A DNA stretch of 64,000 bases from a virus (Duplodnaviria > Caudoviricetes), in IMG/VR virus record IMGVR_UViG_3300010998_000005, positions 1 through 64,000 of that record. One strand, given 5' to 3'. Positions within the stretch are counted from its first letter, which is position 1; the number at the start of each line of letters is the position of its first letter. A program made the translations under genes and the position numbers. Shown in pieces: positions 9,903-19,653 of the stretch. The notes under the pieces are model-generated. The model did not search any database, was not told the DNA's origin, and saw only the letters and a list, made by a program, of their open reading frames with translations.

Positions 9903-11434
9903 TTAGTCCACGTAGTCAAAGTAATACTGAATTGCTTCGTCGTGCTTTGGGTGACTATCATCAAACCAATCAAAGTACAAGTCCTTCACCATGTAGTAAA
10001 GTTCTGCATACATCTGTGAATAGTTCATGTTCTTGCGTGCGTGATGCTCCCAGGACTTCATGTTTAACACAATAACAATCTCAGCGAAAAACTCTATGTT
10101 GTCTTTCCAATTATCCATTGCGCTTTTCAAGGTGTTGGAAATAGCATGATTTCCCTCAATCGCAACACACCACTCGGCAATACTGAAATCACTTGTGTAC
10201 GTTGTCTTGCGTTTGTAGTCCTCACGCAAATTTGCTTCAAAGTTCTTCTCGCACCAAGCACCATAGGCAAACACACCCTGCGCACCATATTGTGCCACAA
10301 ACTTTTTCAGTTCGAGCTTCAAGTTGTCTAACTCGGCATTATCGATAAATGCACATATTTCACTCACTCTTGCATTAAAATCTTTCTCTTTCATAGTTAT
10401 AATGTTTTTTATTGTTGTGTACGTATAAGAATTTCTTTTCCCTCATCTACTCTGTATAGCACCACAAAGGGATGTGCATATTTCGCACGTAAACCTATTG
10501 CGATACCGAATACGATGTCTTCTGCCCTCTTCTCTGGTATGCCATACCAGTGCGTGCATACAGGTAGGTTTACAGGTTTTTTGCCCTTTTCCCAATCACT
10601 TCTGTTGCGATACACCTCAAAGCGGTAATCATGCGGTTTTTTCATATTCCGTAATTGTTTTATAGTTTAACACACCCTTTTTCGTCGAGCTCATACCACG
10701 CAGCCAACAGATAGTTGTCTTTGTTGTATTTGTCATAAGACACGTACTGACAATAGCATGAGCCATCAATATCATCACCATCATCAAAAGTCCAATTCCT
10801 GTAACCCATAACACTCATACACATAGCAAGTATAGGCGAGTGCCCCATATCTTCTGTGCTATTCACATAATGCTTACGTGAATATACGAGCATACAATCA
10901 TTTCCAACATGAGCGGTGATTATAAAAATAAATTTTGCCATAATTTTGTCTATTTAGTTTGTTTATAATTCACTGCACTTTCAAAAGTGCGCTTGCATAC
11001 TCGCTATTTTCCCTGAAAGGATTTTTGCCGTTGAATACCCATACGTAGCCGTTAGGCGCAGCCTGTGCACCTTGAAGCACTTTCCAACCCTTTGGCATTT
11101 TGTCAATAAATCTCACTCCTATCTCTTTGAAGTAGGCGATTGTCTTTTGCGTCTTTTTGTTCATCATATCTTGTCCTCCTTGTATTTGTTAGCACGCAGG
11201 TTTCAATCCTACGTACTTGTAATGATTTTTGTTATCAACCCTCTCAAATGTTTTATATAAGGCTATTCCGTTGCGGTGGCTATCTGCTTCACCCATTTGG
11301 AACACACCATTACCCCACGTTGTAGGCGGCACACTTCCTACAAGTTCCCATAACACTTCGGGAGCAATTATCTGTCCCTCTTGTACTTTCAGTGTACCGT
11401 CATTCTTCCAATCTTGCATTGTGTAGATTTTCAT
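9903..11434 (-). other. Five hypothetical genes (9903-10394, 10409-10645, 10660-10941, 10970-11167, 11189-11434)
   Basis: Consecutive ORFs on the coding strand; no function recognised. Confidence 0.55.
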
Positions 11435-11564
11435 ATCTTAGCCCTCCTCATTATTATTATTATTTCCTTGATAAATAACCCGCACTTTGTCATATTCTTC
11501 GTGTGAATCTTTGATACCTTAGTTCTCATAACGTAATCCTCCTATTTTCTTTAATTGTTATATT

Positions 11565-11732
11565 TTAGTGATTGAGATAGAATGCTACATTGTTAGCTAC
11601 ATAGCGACTGCAAGGGTAATTAGCACGCACCCACGTTGCAATTTCTGCCTTGTTCCAGCGCATGAAGTTGTTGAAACCTCCACAACCATCTATGTGTGCG
11701 AGGATTTCGTTGGTTGTCATATTCTTTTTCAT
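11565..11732 (-). CDS. 55-aa protein, copy A of a duplicated gene
   Basis: Manual translation MKKNMTTNEILAHIDGCGGFNNFMRWNKAEIATWVRANYPCSRYVANNVAFYLNH. Confidence 0.7.
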   Translation of the reverse strand: MKKNMTTNEILAHIDGCGGFNNFMRWNKAEIATWVRANYPCSRYVANNVAFYLNH

Positions 11733-11793
11733 AATGTAAAGTGTTTTTTTAATTATTGTTATTTAATTATAATATACTATGCGCGTGCACGTA

Positions 11794-11991
11794 TTAACGC
11801 AACGTGCCGTAACGTGCGCAAATCGCCCAGAAACGTGCCCAGAAGCGATTAAAATGCTTCTTACCTATAAGATATAAGCAAAGAAAATAAATCGCCCCAC
11901 AAAGCACGCAAATTGCGTTAGCGGACAAAATTAAAATCAGTCCGACAAAGATAAGCGCACAACCTGTGCAATAGATAGCAAAATTTTTCAT
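11794..11991 (-). CDS. Small membrane protein
   Basis: Two hydrophobic helices, basic aromatic tail. Confidence 0.5.
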   Translation of the reverse strand: MKNFAIYCTGCALIFVGLILILSANAICVLCGAIYFLCLYLIGKKHFNRFWARFWAICARYGTLR

Positions 11992-12353
11992 GTCACTTCC
12001 TCCTGTATAGTTTGTTTATTCGCTTATTCAGTTTGTTTGCAAGTCTAATATTTCCACTTGCCTCTGCACTCATAAGTGCGTCATACAGACTATATATTTT
12101 ACTCATAGTTTTTTCCTCCTTAGTTGCTAAATGTAAAAATACTGACTCGTAAAGTCATTACTCAGTGCACCTCCGTAGCAATCAATTTGCAACGTATTGC
12201 ACAATAACACAAATGCACATACCGAAGTCATAGGTACACACACAATCTTTTTGCTCTGCAACTCGCTGACAAGTGCGAGCACCAAATTACGATTTTCTTT
12301 CATACTTTTTTGTTTGTTTAGTGAATAATAATTTGATAATATTTTGTGGGAAC

Positions 12354-12377
12354 AGGCGGTTTCGCTCCGCCTGTGCT
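12354..12377 (-). terminator. GC-rich hairpin downstream of the vWA gene
   Basis: ACAGGCGG-N7-CCGCCTGT 8-bp stem; no clear U tract. Confidence 0.35.
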
Positions 12378-12389
12378 CTTAGATACTCC

Positions 12390-13193
12390 CTACCTTAGTT
12401 CTGCAAGGTATTCATTGACTTGCTTAGTAATGTCCTCAATACTACTATCTGCATGTACTATATTTATCACCGACAAGCAAACTCCGTCAAGACCAAGTGT
12501 TTGCTTTATGCGGTCGATATTCATAGGTGAGCCATATCTCGTCATGTACTTTTTTGAGTTGATTTCCATCCACTTCAAGAAAGTGCAACGGCAAAATGCC
12601 CTGTTACATATTGCGTATGCAACATTCAACAAGTTCAAAGGCGAGTTTGCATCTTTTATTCGTACACACATACACATTTGTGTATCGTTTCTTGCAGTAC
12701 CGCATACAGCATATAGATTAACTCGCACACCTGCCATCTCAGTTGCAGTAATAACATTCGCTATCTTAGCCCCTGCTTTTGCAACATTATCAGTGTCAAT
12801 CCCGTCATAGATGGTGCAATCAATATACATATCAATTATTGGTTTCTGTGTGTGCTCACGTTTGATTTTTAGCATATTCGTAGGCACACCACGCAGATAG
12901 TTTGGCACACTGGGTATGCAACCTTGCACCGCCACTTCTATACGAGGTACAGAGCCTGTTGTAGCCTCGGCAAGTATTTCGCCCTGTGCTTTGATTTTCT
13001 TTGCACGTTTCTCGTCTCCGCGTGCGAGTAACTTTTGACTATCTTCAAAGGTTTCGCCCATCCAAGATTTTTGTCTCTCAGCACTCATATTGAATGCACT
13101 ATGCTCATTCCATACTTTGTATGGTTTTTTAGTTGATAGTGTGCAAGCAAGTTCCTGCACACTATCATAACGCTCATATATTGTCATTTTCAT
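12390..13193 (-). CDS. vWA/CobT-like partner of the MoxR ATPase
   Basis: Directly downstream of the AAA gene; D-x-T MIDAS-like segment YIDCTIYDGI and GVRVNLYAV; RIKDANSPLNL. Confidence 0.65.
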   Translation of the reverse strand: MKMTIYERYDSVQELACTLSTKKPYKVWNEHSAFNMSAERQKSWMGETFEDSQKLLARGDEKRAKKIKAQGEILAEATTGSVPRIEVAVQGCIPSVPNYLRGVPTNMLKIKREHTQKPIIDMYIDCTIYDGIDTDNVAKAGAKIANVITATEMAGVRVNLYAVCGTARNDTQMCMCVRIKDANSPLNLLNVAYAICNRAFCRCTFLKWMEINSKKYMTRYGSPMNIDRIKQTLGLDGVCLSVINIVHADSSIEDITKQVNEYLAELR

Positions 13194-13206
13194 TTCCTCC
13201 TTAGTC

Positions 13207-14499
13207 TTAGTTCATTTCGCCCTCTGCTATTGCGTTGAACGCCTGTGCATATCTGTTAGAGCACTTCATTCGTGCATTGAAAGTGCGAATATCCTGCATA
13301 TTCCAACCGCTGCATAGTCCATACCATACCGCCTCGTTGATAGTGAAGTCTGCCTGTAACATTGTAGCAATTTGGCGGCTTGCACGTGGTGTAGCGAGGT
13401 ATGTAGTATTTGCCTCGTCAAGTACCCTGCGCATATCTTTCATGAAGTCAACCAACTCGCTATCTCCGAGAGCCATGCGCATATCGTGCTCATCGGTATA
13501 GTCAACCTTAACGAATGAGTATCTGTCAAGCGTTGAAGCGTCCAACTGGAAACGTGAAATGTACCTCTTGTCTCCGCCCCTGCCTGTGCTATTATCGCTT
13601 GCGATAATATGGAAATCGGGGTGAGCCTTTACCATGCCGTCCTTTGGGAAGTTGTAGAGCAACTGAGCAGCAGCCGTATTGAATGCAACTTGCACCTCAC
13701 CAGAAGTTGTAGAAGCCTCGTCGAAGCAGAACACACCGCCCTTAGTGAAGCACTCGTAGAATGAAGTCTTGACTAACTCGCCCGCTGCGTCTGTGTAGCC
13801 CTCCAGCTCATACTTTTGTTGTAGCGAGGAAACGCAATAGAAAGGCAAACCGAGTGTGTCTGCAACTTGCTTAGCAAGCGTTGACTTGCCACTACCAGCA
13901 GGACCGTAGAGCCACGGGTATCGCCCAAATATTCTATCATTAGTCACCATCTTGAGCACGATGGGCAAGAGTGGGTGAGGTGTTTGTCCGTCTGGCAGTT
14001 CCTTAGGCTCTGCATTGTTGACCTGCACCTTGACAACTTGCGGCTTTTGCTCCGCCAGCACTTCACGCACAATCGCACGTACCTCATCAGCGTTAACGCT
14101 TGCCTTGCCGCCCTTCATATTCATAAGCAACCGAGCAAGTTGCAGAGCCTCATCATCAGCCGTTGAAGCCGTTGCAGGCTCAGTAACCTTTGCAGGCTCT
14201 ACCTCTGCCGTTGTAGGCTCTGTTGAGGTCGCTGGACGTGGTGCAGTGCGTGCACCCCTTTGACGCTTGGTTTCCAGCTCGTAGCCCTCGGCAAGGGCAA
14301 GCTTCATAACCTCAACAGGTGCACCCTTATACTCGATTACAACTCGCTCGCCCGTATCTTTCATAAACGGGTAATTGTTGAAGAAGCGAGTCTTAGGACA
14401 AGGACACTGCCCCTCTGCGTGAATAACTCCGTTTTCAACTTTCACATTGTGAACTTTTGAAACCTCGCCCGTAGCGAGATTCTTAACATAGATTGCCAT
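13207..14499 (-). CDS. MoxR/CobS-like AAA+ ATPase
   Basis: Walker A GPAGSGKS, Walker B FCFDE, AHPDFHIIASDN, LDASTLDRY; probable start MAIYVK at 14499. Confidence 0.9.
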   Translation of the reverse strand: MAIYVKNLATGEVSKVHNVKVENGVIHAEGQCPCPKTRFFNNYPFMKDTGERVVIEYKGAPVEVMKLALAEGYELETKRQRGARTAPRPATSTEPTTAEVEPAKVTEPATASTADDEALQLARLLMNMKGGKASVNADEVRAIVREVLAEQKPQVVKVQVNNAEPKELPDGQTPHPLLPIVLKMVTNDRIFGRYPWLYGPAGSGKSTLAKQVADTLGLPFYCVSSLQQKYELEGYTDAAGELVKTSFYECFTKGGVFCFDEASTTSGEVQVAFNTAAAQLLYNFPKDGMVKAHPDFHIIASDNSTGRGGDKRYISRFQLDASTLDRYSFVKVDYTDEHDMRMALGDSELVDFMKDMRRVLDEANTTYLATPRASRQIATMLQADFTINEAVWYGLCSGWNMQDIRTFNARMKCSNRYAQAFNAIAEGEMN

Positions 14500-14890
14500 G
14501 ATTTTTTGATTTTTTGTTTGTTGGTAATATTTGCTTTTTTTTCTATCGTATTTCAAACCTTGTGCCATTATCAAAGGCACATTTTTCTATTACTTTTTCA
14601 AGTTTCCAAACCTCGCCAACAGTACAGCGGATTTCTTGTCCGTCTGTGAAAATAATAAATAACTCTTTCATTTTTTTTGCTTATTAGTTTATATCATAGT
14701 TAGGCAGGCGGAGTTGAACCGCCCAGAGTTCTTGCAACAAGAAAATTACGAAAAAAGTTTTGCAATTTAACTCTCCTTAACTAAACCACAACAAAAACAA
14801 CAAAAAGTTTACATATTTTTACAATTAAAGGTGCATGATGCCTGCCAGTTGCGACAAGTAAGACAATTTGCCACAAAGGTACAAAGGTAG

Positions 14891-14991
14891 TCAGTCAGTC
14901 ACTCAGTCAGTCACTCAGTCAGTCACTACACACTACATACTACACACTACATACATAAGTAATACACAATCCACAATACACAATACACAAT
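14891..14991. repeat. Three juxtaposed tandem arrays
   Basis: (TCAGTCAGTCAC)x3, (TACACACTACATAC)x2, then about 4 copies of (A/C)CACAAT. Confidence 0.85.
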
Positions 14992-15194
14992 ATGGATAAT
15001 TGCGTACCTTTGCCGTTTTTCTCCGCTGTGTGCGCTTTTTCTCAGTATAATGGATAACTACAAAGGTACAAAGAGAAAAACGCAATACGTGCACTCTTTG
15101 TGTTTATATATAATGTACGTAATATTGTGTGTGCTCTGTATCTTTGCTATCTTTGCTATGTTATTCCAGAACTTTTGATTTTTGCCACTTTTTA

Positions 15195-15239
15195 GCCGTT
15201 CTAAGCGCGTTTTTCTATCTTTGTGGATAACTACAAAGG
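15195..15239 (+). repeat. Dispersed intergenic element, copy 2
   Basis: GCCGTTCTAAGCGCGTTTTT-N6-TTGTGGATAACTACAAAG. Confidence 0.65.
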
Positions 15240-15424
15240 AGCAACAAAAATAATTGATTTGTGCACGCACACAATTACACAAACAAAAAATGCACCTAGA
15301 ATGAGGTGCAAAGATACAAAAAAACGTACCTTGAATAAGATACGTTTTTATGTAGGTAGTCTGTAGGTCAACACTCATACCAACCGTGCACGTCGATATG
15401 TTTGCCATAGTTATTCCTCGTTTC

Positions 15425-15595
15425 TTAGTGATTGAGATAGAATGCTACATTGTTAGCTACATAGCGACTGCAAGGGTAATTAGCACGCACCCACGTTGCA
15501 ATCTCAGCCTTATTCCAGCGCATGAAGTTGTTGAAACCTCCACAACCATCTATGTTGGCGAGTATCTCATTCGTTGTCATATTCTTCTGTTTCAT
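15425..15595 (-). CDS. 56-aa protein, copy B of a duplicated gene
   Basis: MKQKNMTTNEILANIDGCGGFNNFMRWNKAEIATWVRANYPCSRYVANNVAFYLNH; 15425-15502 identical to 11565-11642. Confidence 0.7.
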   Translation of the reverse strand: MKQKNMTTNEILANIDGCGGFNNFMRWNKAEIATWVRANYPCSRYVANNVAFYLNH

Positions 15596-15649
15596 AATTT
15601 TTGCGTTTTTAAGTGTTATTTATATAGTGTTTTCTCTCTCTCTCTCCGA

Positions 15650-16006
15650 TTAGATAAAACCGAGTTTGTTGTTCACCTCAAGTGAGATTGCTTCCTGTTG
15701 CATTTCCTCTTTGAGATGTTCGCAGAGAGCTACAATTTTCTCCATGTTTTTGTTAAGAATCTGGCTTGTTGTAAACGCATATACGAGTGTAACGGACTCA
15801 GTAACAAGACTACCATCGTTACAAACCCAGCTACCGTGTGCGTTTGTGGCAGTTGCACCGCCAAACATGATGGAGAGTTCTCTCAGTACGTGCTTCACCT
15901 GCTCGTTATTATCCGTTTCCACAGAAACATTGAACGTTGAGGGTACGTACACAGTTACTTTTGAGTCGAGCTCGAACAGATACTTAATTTGCTTTTTTGT
16001 TTTCAT
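15650..16006 (-). CDS. Hypothetical protein (DUF3574-like ferredoxin fold)
   Basis: FGGAT...GSW...E...LKEEMQQEAISLEV pattern; first gene after the 16058 promoter. Confidence 0.6.
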   Translation of the reverse strand: MKTKKQIKYLFELDSKVTVYVPSTFNVSVETDNNEQVKHVLRELSIMFGGATATNAHGSWVCNDGSLVTESVTLVYAFTTSQILNKNMEKIVALCEHLKEEMQQEAISLEVNNKLGFI

Positions 16007-16057
16007 TTTGTTTAATTTTTAGTGAAAAATAATAACTGCTTTTTCTTATCTCTGGTG

Positions 16058-16089
16058 CAAAGTTATATATATTATTTTATTGAAGCAAA
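16058..16089 (-). promoter_or_regulatory. Leftward promoter of the accessory arm
   Basis: Minus strand TTTG-N20-TAACTTTG. Confidence 0.7.
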
Positions 16090-16990
16090 TTTTTTTATTT
16101 ATCTCTTTACTTTTTAACGTTTATTTATATTTATATATTATATATATATATTATATTATATTATGTATATTCTTTTTTTCTTTTATTCTTTATAATACTT
16201 TATACTCTTTATTCTTATTATTATTATATCTTATCTCTTATCTTATTTTACACGTAGACTATACAGCGAAAATATATTTTATATCTGTAGATTTGCAGCA
16301 AAAAAACTTTTTCTTTTTGATTGGCTGCCGGTACACTCTCCTCGACTCTGTGCGTACCATTGCCCCTGGCTGTATTGCTTTTATCGGTTCCCCAACGAAC
16401 GTTTGAAAACTGAAAGTATCTGGTTATCATTTTCTTGCGTTTCTTGCGCTTTTGTTTGATGGGGAGGGGGATATTTGGGCACTCGCTTTTTATATGGTGC
16501 AAATCCTATTTTTTTGAAAAAATTTTCTGATTTTTTTTTGAAGAAGAAGAAAAAAAAATAAAAACGAAAAATTAAAATTGTAACCAATTTTTGAAAAAAG
16601 AAAAATTTCCATTTTTGAAAAGAAAAAAATTTTGGAAAGCGAGGATTTTGAAAATTGAATTTTCGGAAAAAAGAAAAAAGATTTTTCAGCGATGTTTATT
16701 TGTTGGTATTGATTTTATTTTGTACTTTTGCATTGCTTTTGCAAAAAATAGATTGGAAATTAGATTTAATGTTTTTAGAATGTTTTTAGTCATCTTCGTT
16801 GTGAAACGGGGGTGGCTGTTTTTTTTGTGTGTGTATTGCGGGTGTATGTATGTGTGTATGTATGCGTGAGAAAAGTTTTGGTTTGGGTTAGTTTTGGTTG
16901 TGTTTTTGTGTTTTGCGGATGGTGTTTGTGGTTGTAGGATTTGATTTTTGGTGGTTTTTAGACTTGTGGTGCGATTTTTTATGTGTTTCC
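16090..16990. other. Very AT-rich, low-complexity non-coding divergence zone
   Basis: TA runs, phased A/T tracts (16500-16690), G cluster GGGGAGGGGG near 16461, GT-rich stretch 16800-16980; coding strand switches here. Confidence 0.75.
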
Positions 16991-16992
16991 TT

Positions 16993-17068
16993 ACAACTTA
17001 TCCACCCGACTTAAAAAATGGCTTAGAACGGCTAGAAATGCGTTTTATGTTTTTTTAAGTTAAAAATT
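16993..17068 (-). repeat. Dispersed intergenic element, copy 3
   Basis: Plus strand TTATCCACC-N-AAATGGCTTAGAACGGCTAGAAATGCGTTTTATGTTTTTTAAGTTAAAAATTC; closely matches 26468-26520. Confidence 0.7.
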
Positions 17069-17143
17069 CCCAAGAAAATGTTAGGTTATAGTCTTAAAAG
17101 TGTATATTTGCACAGAAAATCAATTAAACAAGTTATATCTATT

Positions 17144-17365
17144 ATGAAGCAATTACATTTTTACGTGTTAGGCGAGTGCAAAAAGCGTGAGTACCTAAAG
17201 GATTGGGTTAATTGGTCTGGTGAAGTTCCACAGAAAGGAGATGTGGTTCTTATTCATTTTGGAGACAACGACGAGGAAGAGTACAAGTATCGTGTTGTCG
17301 GTCGTATCATTGATGGTGGGAAGCCAGAAGATGTGGATATTATTGTATCTTTGTTGAAGTTTTGA
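17144..17365 (+). CDS. Hypothetical protein
   Basis: Probable start MKQLHF; preceded by a TATATTTG -7 element at 17103. Confidence 0.6.
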   Translation: MKQLHFYVLGECKKREYLKDWVNWSGEVPQKGDVVLIHFGDNDEEEYKYRVVGRIIDGGKPEDVDIIVSLLKF

Positions 17366-17368
17366 TGT

Positions 17369-18229
17369 ATGACAGAGGATTTAGAGAAAAAGGTTGAGCG
17401 TGCGATAAAACTCATTCAGAGTGCGAGTAAGATTGCTGCTGCTAATGGTTGTCCTGAAATAGAGGTGTGTTATTCAGGCGGCAAAGATTCCGATGTTATC
17501 TTGGAGTTGACGAAGATGGCTGGTGTGCCTTATAGGGCTATTTACAAGAATACTGGCATAGACCCTAATGGAACTATCAGACACGCAAAAGACAACAACG
17601 TAGAGATAATGCCGCCGAAGAAGAAGTTTATAGACCTGCTTGCTTATTATGGTATGCCTTCACGCAGAAACAGGTATTGCTGTCAGCATTTGAAAGAGTA
17701 CAAGATACTTGACTATGCTATATTGGGTATAAGAAGGGATGAAAGCGTGGCAAGGAGGGAACGATACAAGGAGCCAGAGCAATGTCGGGAATATAGCAAG
17801 AAAGAGAAATGTCGGCAATACTTTCCTATACTTGATTGGACGAAAGATGACGTGTTGGGGTTTATCAAAGAACGTGGTATCAAGTTGCATCCTATATACT
17901 ACAAGGACAATGGGGAGATAGACGTGGAACGCAGATGCGGCTGCATGGGATGCCCTATGGCTTCATACAAAAAGCGTCTTGAGGAGTTCAAGAAGTACCC
18001 CAATATGGTTAAACTTTATGTACGTGGTGGGGGGCAATACCTTGACAATCACAGCCTTAGCAAGATTGCGAAACTATGCAAAGATGGTTATCAGTTCTTT
18101 TGCTTTGACGTTTTTTGCGAACGCTCAAACATTAGATTCCAACAAAAGTTTGGTGCAAACCTCTTTGATGACGGCATAGACTGCAAGAAATTCTTGGAGG
18201 ACTATTTCAAGATAAAGTTCAAGGATTAA
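17369..18229 (+). CDS. Phosphoadenosine phosphosulfate (PAPS) reductase-family protein
   Basis: PP-loop YSGGKDS, CCQHLKE, GIRRDES..R, PILDWT, RCGCMGCP. Confidence 0.88.
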   Translation: MTEDLEKKVERAIKLIQSASKIAAANGCPEIEVCYSGGKDSDVILELTKMAGVPYRAIYKNTGIDPNGTIRHAKDNNVEIMPPKKKFIDLLAYYGMPSRRNRYCCQHLKEYKILDYAILGIRRDESVARRERYKEPEQCREYSKKEKCRQYFPILDWTKDDVLGFIKERGIKLHPIYYKDNGEIDVERRCGCMGCPMASYKKRLEEFKKYPNMVKLYVRGGGQYLDNHSLSKIAKLCKDGYQFFCFDVFCERSNIRFQQKFGANLFDDGIDCKKFLEDYFKIKFKD

Positions 18230-18232
18230 ATA

Positions 18233-18264
18233 TTTGCATATAACGAGAAAAGTTGTTATCTTTG
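18233..18264 (+). promoter_or_regulatory. Bacteroidota sigma-A-type promoter
   Basis: TTTG-N20-TATCTTTG. Confidence 0.65.
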
Positions 18265-18363
18265 CAAGTGAAAAGATGATGTAGTAATGATTTTTTCATA
18301 ATATTTTTGTGTTTTCCCTTTATTTTTGTCTGTGATAGATAGAGATAAAGGTTTTTTTGTGTA

Positions 18364-18500
18364 TATATACTTATTAAAAGAATATATATTTTTGCGTGTA
18401 CGTGCGCACGTGTGTGTATGTGCGTGTAATACGTTATACTTGTTAAATGAATATACTTTGTATGCACGTGCAAAGAGGGTATATTTGTTAAAAGAATATA
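18364..18500. repeat. Three imperfect 21-bp direct repeats
   Basis: TATA(C/T)TT(A/G)TTAAA(A/T)GAATATA near 18365, 18435 and 18480. Confidence 0.65.
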
Positions 18501-18965
18501 GTGTATATGTTAAAACTTAGTATCTTAATGTTAAATTCTTTATAATTATTTGGTTTGTTCAAAAAGAAAGTTGTACCTTTGTAGTCGATAAACTTTTAAT
18601 TTATATTTTTTATATTTCCTCTGACACTTGTGAAAGCGGTAGGAGGTTTTTGAAAGAGGGTTCTTTGAAAAATTGAGATATGATAGGATGGAAGTGATTT
18701 CCGAAAGGATGACGCTCCCCACGAAGATGCAAGGAGGGTGAAACCTTATAAAAAACACAGGCTTAACACGCATCAATCATTTCTATTCTATCACACAAAA
18801 GTGGCACAAGTTTACGGACGGCCCAATGAACATAAGCCTGTGGCAGGATAAATGATGTTGCCCATTAGTGGGGTCTGAATGCCATGCTCTCCGTATTTTT
18901 CTTCTAAGCCTATGGATTGGGGTTACTCGGTCGGGGTTTGGTAGCGTTGTGTGCCACTTTTATTT

Positions 18966-19040
18966 GGTCGCATCGTCTAATGGTCAGGACTCAAGATTTT
19001 CATTCTTGCGATGGGGTTTCGATTACCCCTGCGACTACCA
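18966..19040 (+). tRNA. trnE: tRNA-Glu(TTC)
   Basis: Cloverleaf; anticodon stem CAAGA/TCTTG, loop TTTTCAT; encoded CCA. Confidence 0.9.
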
Positions 19041-19065
19041 CGTTTAATGAAAACAAAAAAGTAAG

Positions 19066-19632
19066 ATGTTAGAAAAGATTGAAGAATACACCAATCGTGC
19101 CTATGCCAACGCTCGCAAGCACGGCTTTCACGACGAGGAACTAAGCATTGAGCATTGTTTAATGCTTGTAATAACCGAGGTGTCGGAAATGGTAGAAGCG
19201 GACAGAAAGGATAGGGAAAGGGCTTCCGTTGAAATCTTTGTTGATGCTTTGCGAAATGTAAAGTTTACGCAGGCATTTGAGGACTATATCAAAGACCGTG
19301 TTCCTGATGAAATGGCTGACGTGTGCATACGTTTGTTTGACCTCTTGGGTGTATTAGACAAAAAGGAAAGGATAGACTTCGATATGCTTGGACGTGTCAT
19401 TAACACAAGCAAAAAGAGTGTAGGCTTTGATGCCATGTCCTTTACCGAGCGTGCGTATGCTTTATGTGGTATATTGACAAACAAGCCTCATATCGCTATA
19501 CGACTTGTATGCCGTGCGCTGGCTTTTGTTATGTATTGGGCAAAGGACTTGAATATAGACCTTGACTGGCATATTGAAATGAAGATGCAGTACAACGAAT
19601 TGCGTGCAAACAAGCACGGAAAGAAATATTAA
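19066..19632 (+). CDS. MazG-like nucleoside-triphosphate pyrophosphohydrolase
   Basis: LMLVITEVSEMVEADR and DEMADVCIRLFD acidic motifs. Confidence 0.75.
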   Translation: MLEKIEEYTNRAYANARKHGFHDEELSIEHCLMLVITEVSEMVEADRKDRERASVEIFVDALRNVKFTQAFEDYIKDRVPDEMADVCIRLFDLLGVLDKKERIDFDMLGRVINTSKKSVGFDAMSFTERAYALCGILTNKPHIAIRLVCRALAFVMYWAKDLNIDLDWHIEMKMQYNELRANKHGKKY

Positions 19633-19653
19633 ACCAAATAAACAGTAAAACGA

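Noticed and set aside
14700-14850. tRNA or tmRNA on the minus strand (T-arm-like GGCGGTTCAACTCCGCC)
   Set aside because: No D or anticodon arm, only a 4-bp acceptor match and too short for tmRNA; may be a remnant or processing hairpin.
14891-14991. CRISPR array
   Set aside because: Repeats are contiguous with no unique spacers; no cas genes.
16080-16869. ORFs 16080-16406, 16248-16502, 16381-16587 and 16591-16869
   Set aside because: Products of low-complexity AT-rich DNA with implausible composition.
14991-17006. Bacterial oriC based on DnaA-box-like 9-mers
   Set aside because: Only one perfect box; the others are degenerate, scattered and part of the dispersed element; context is entirely phage.
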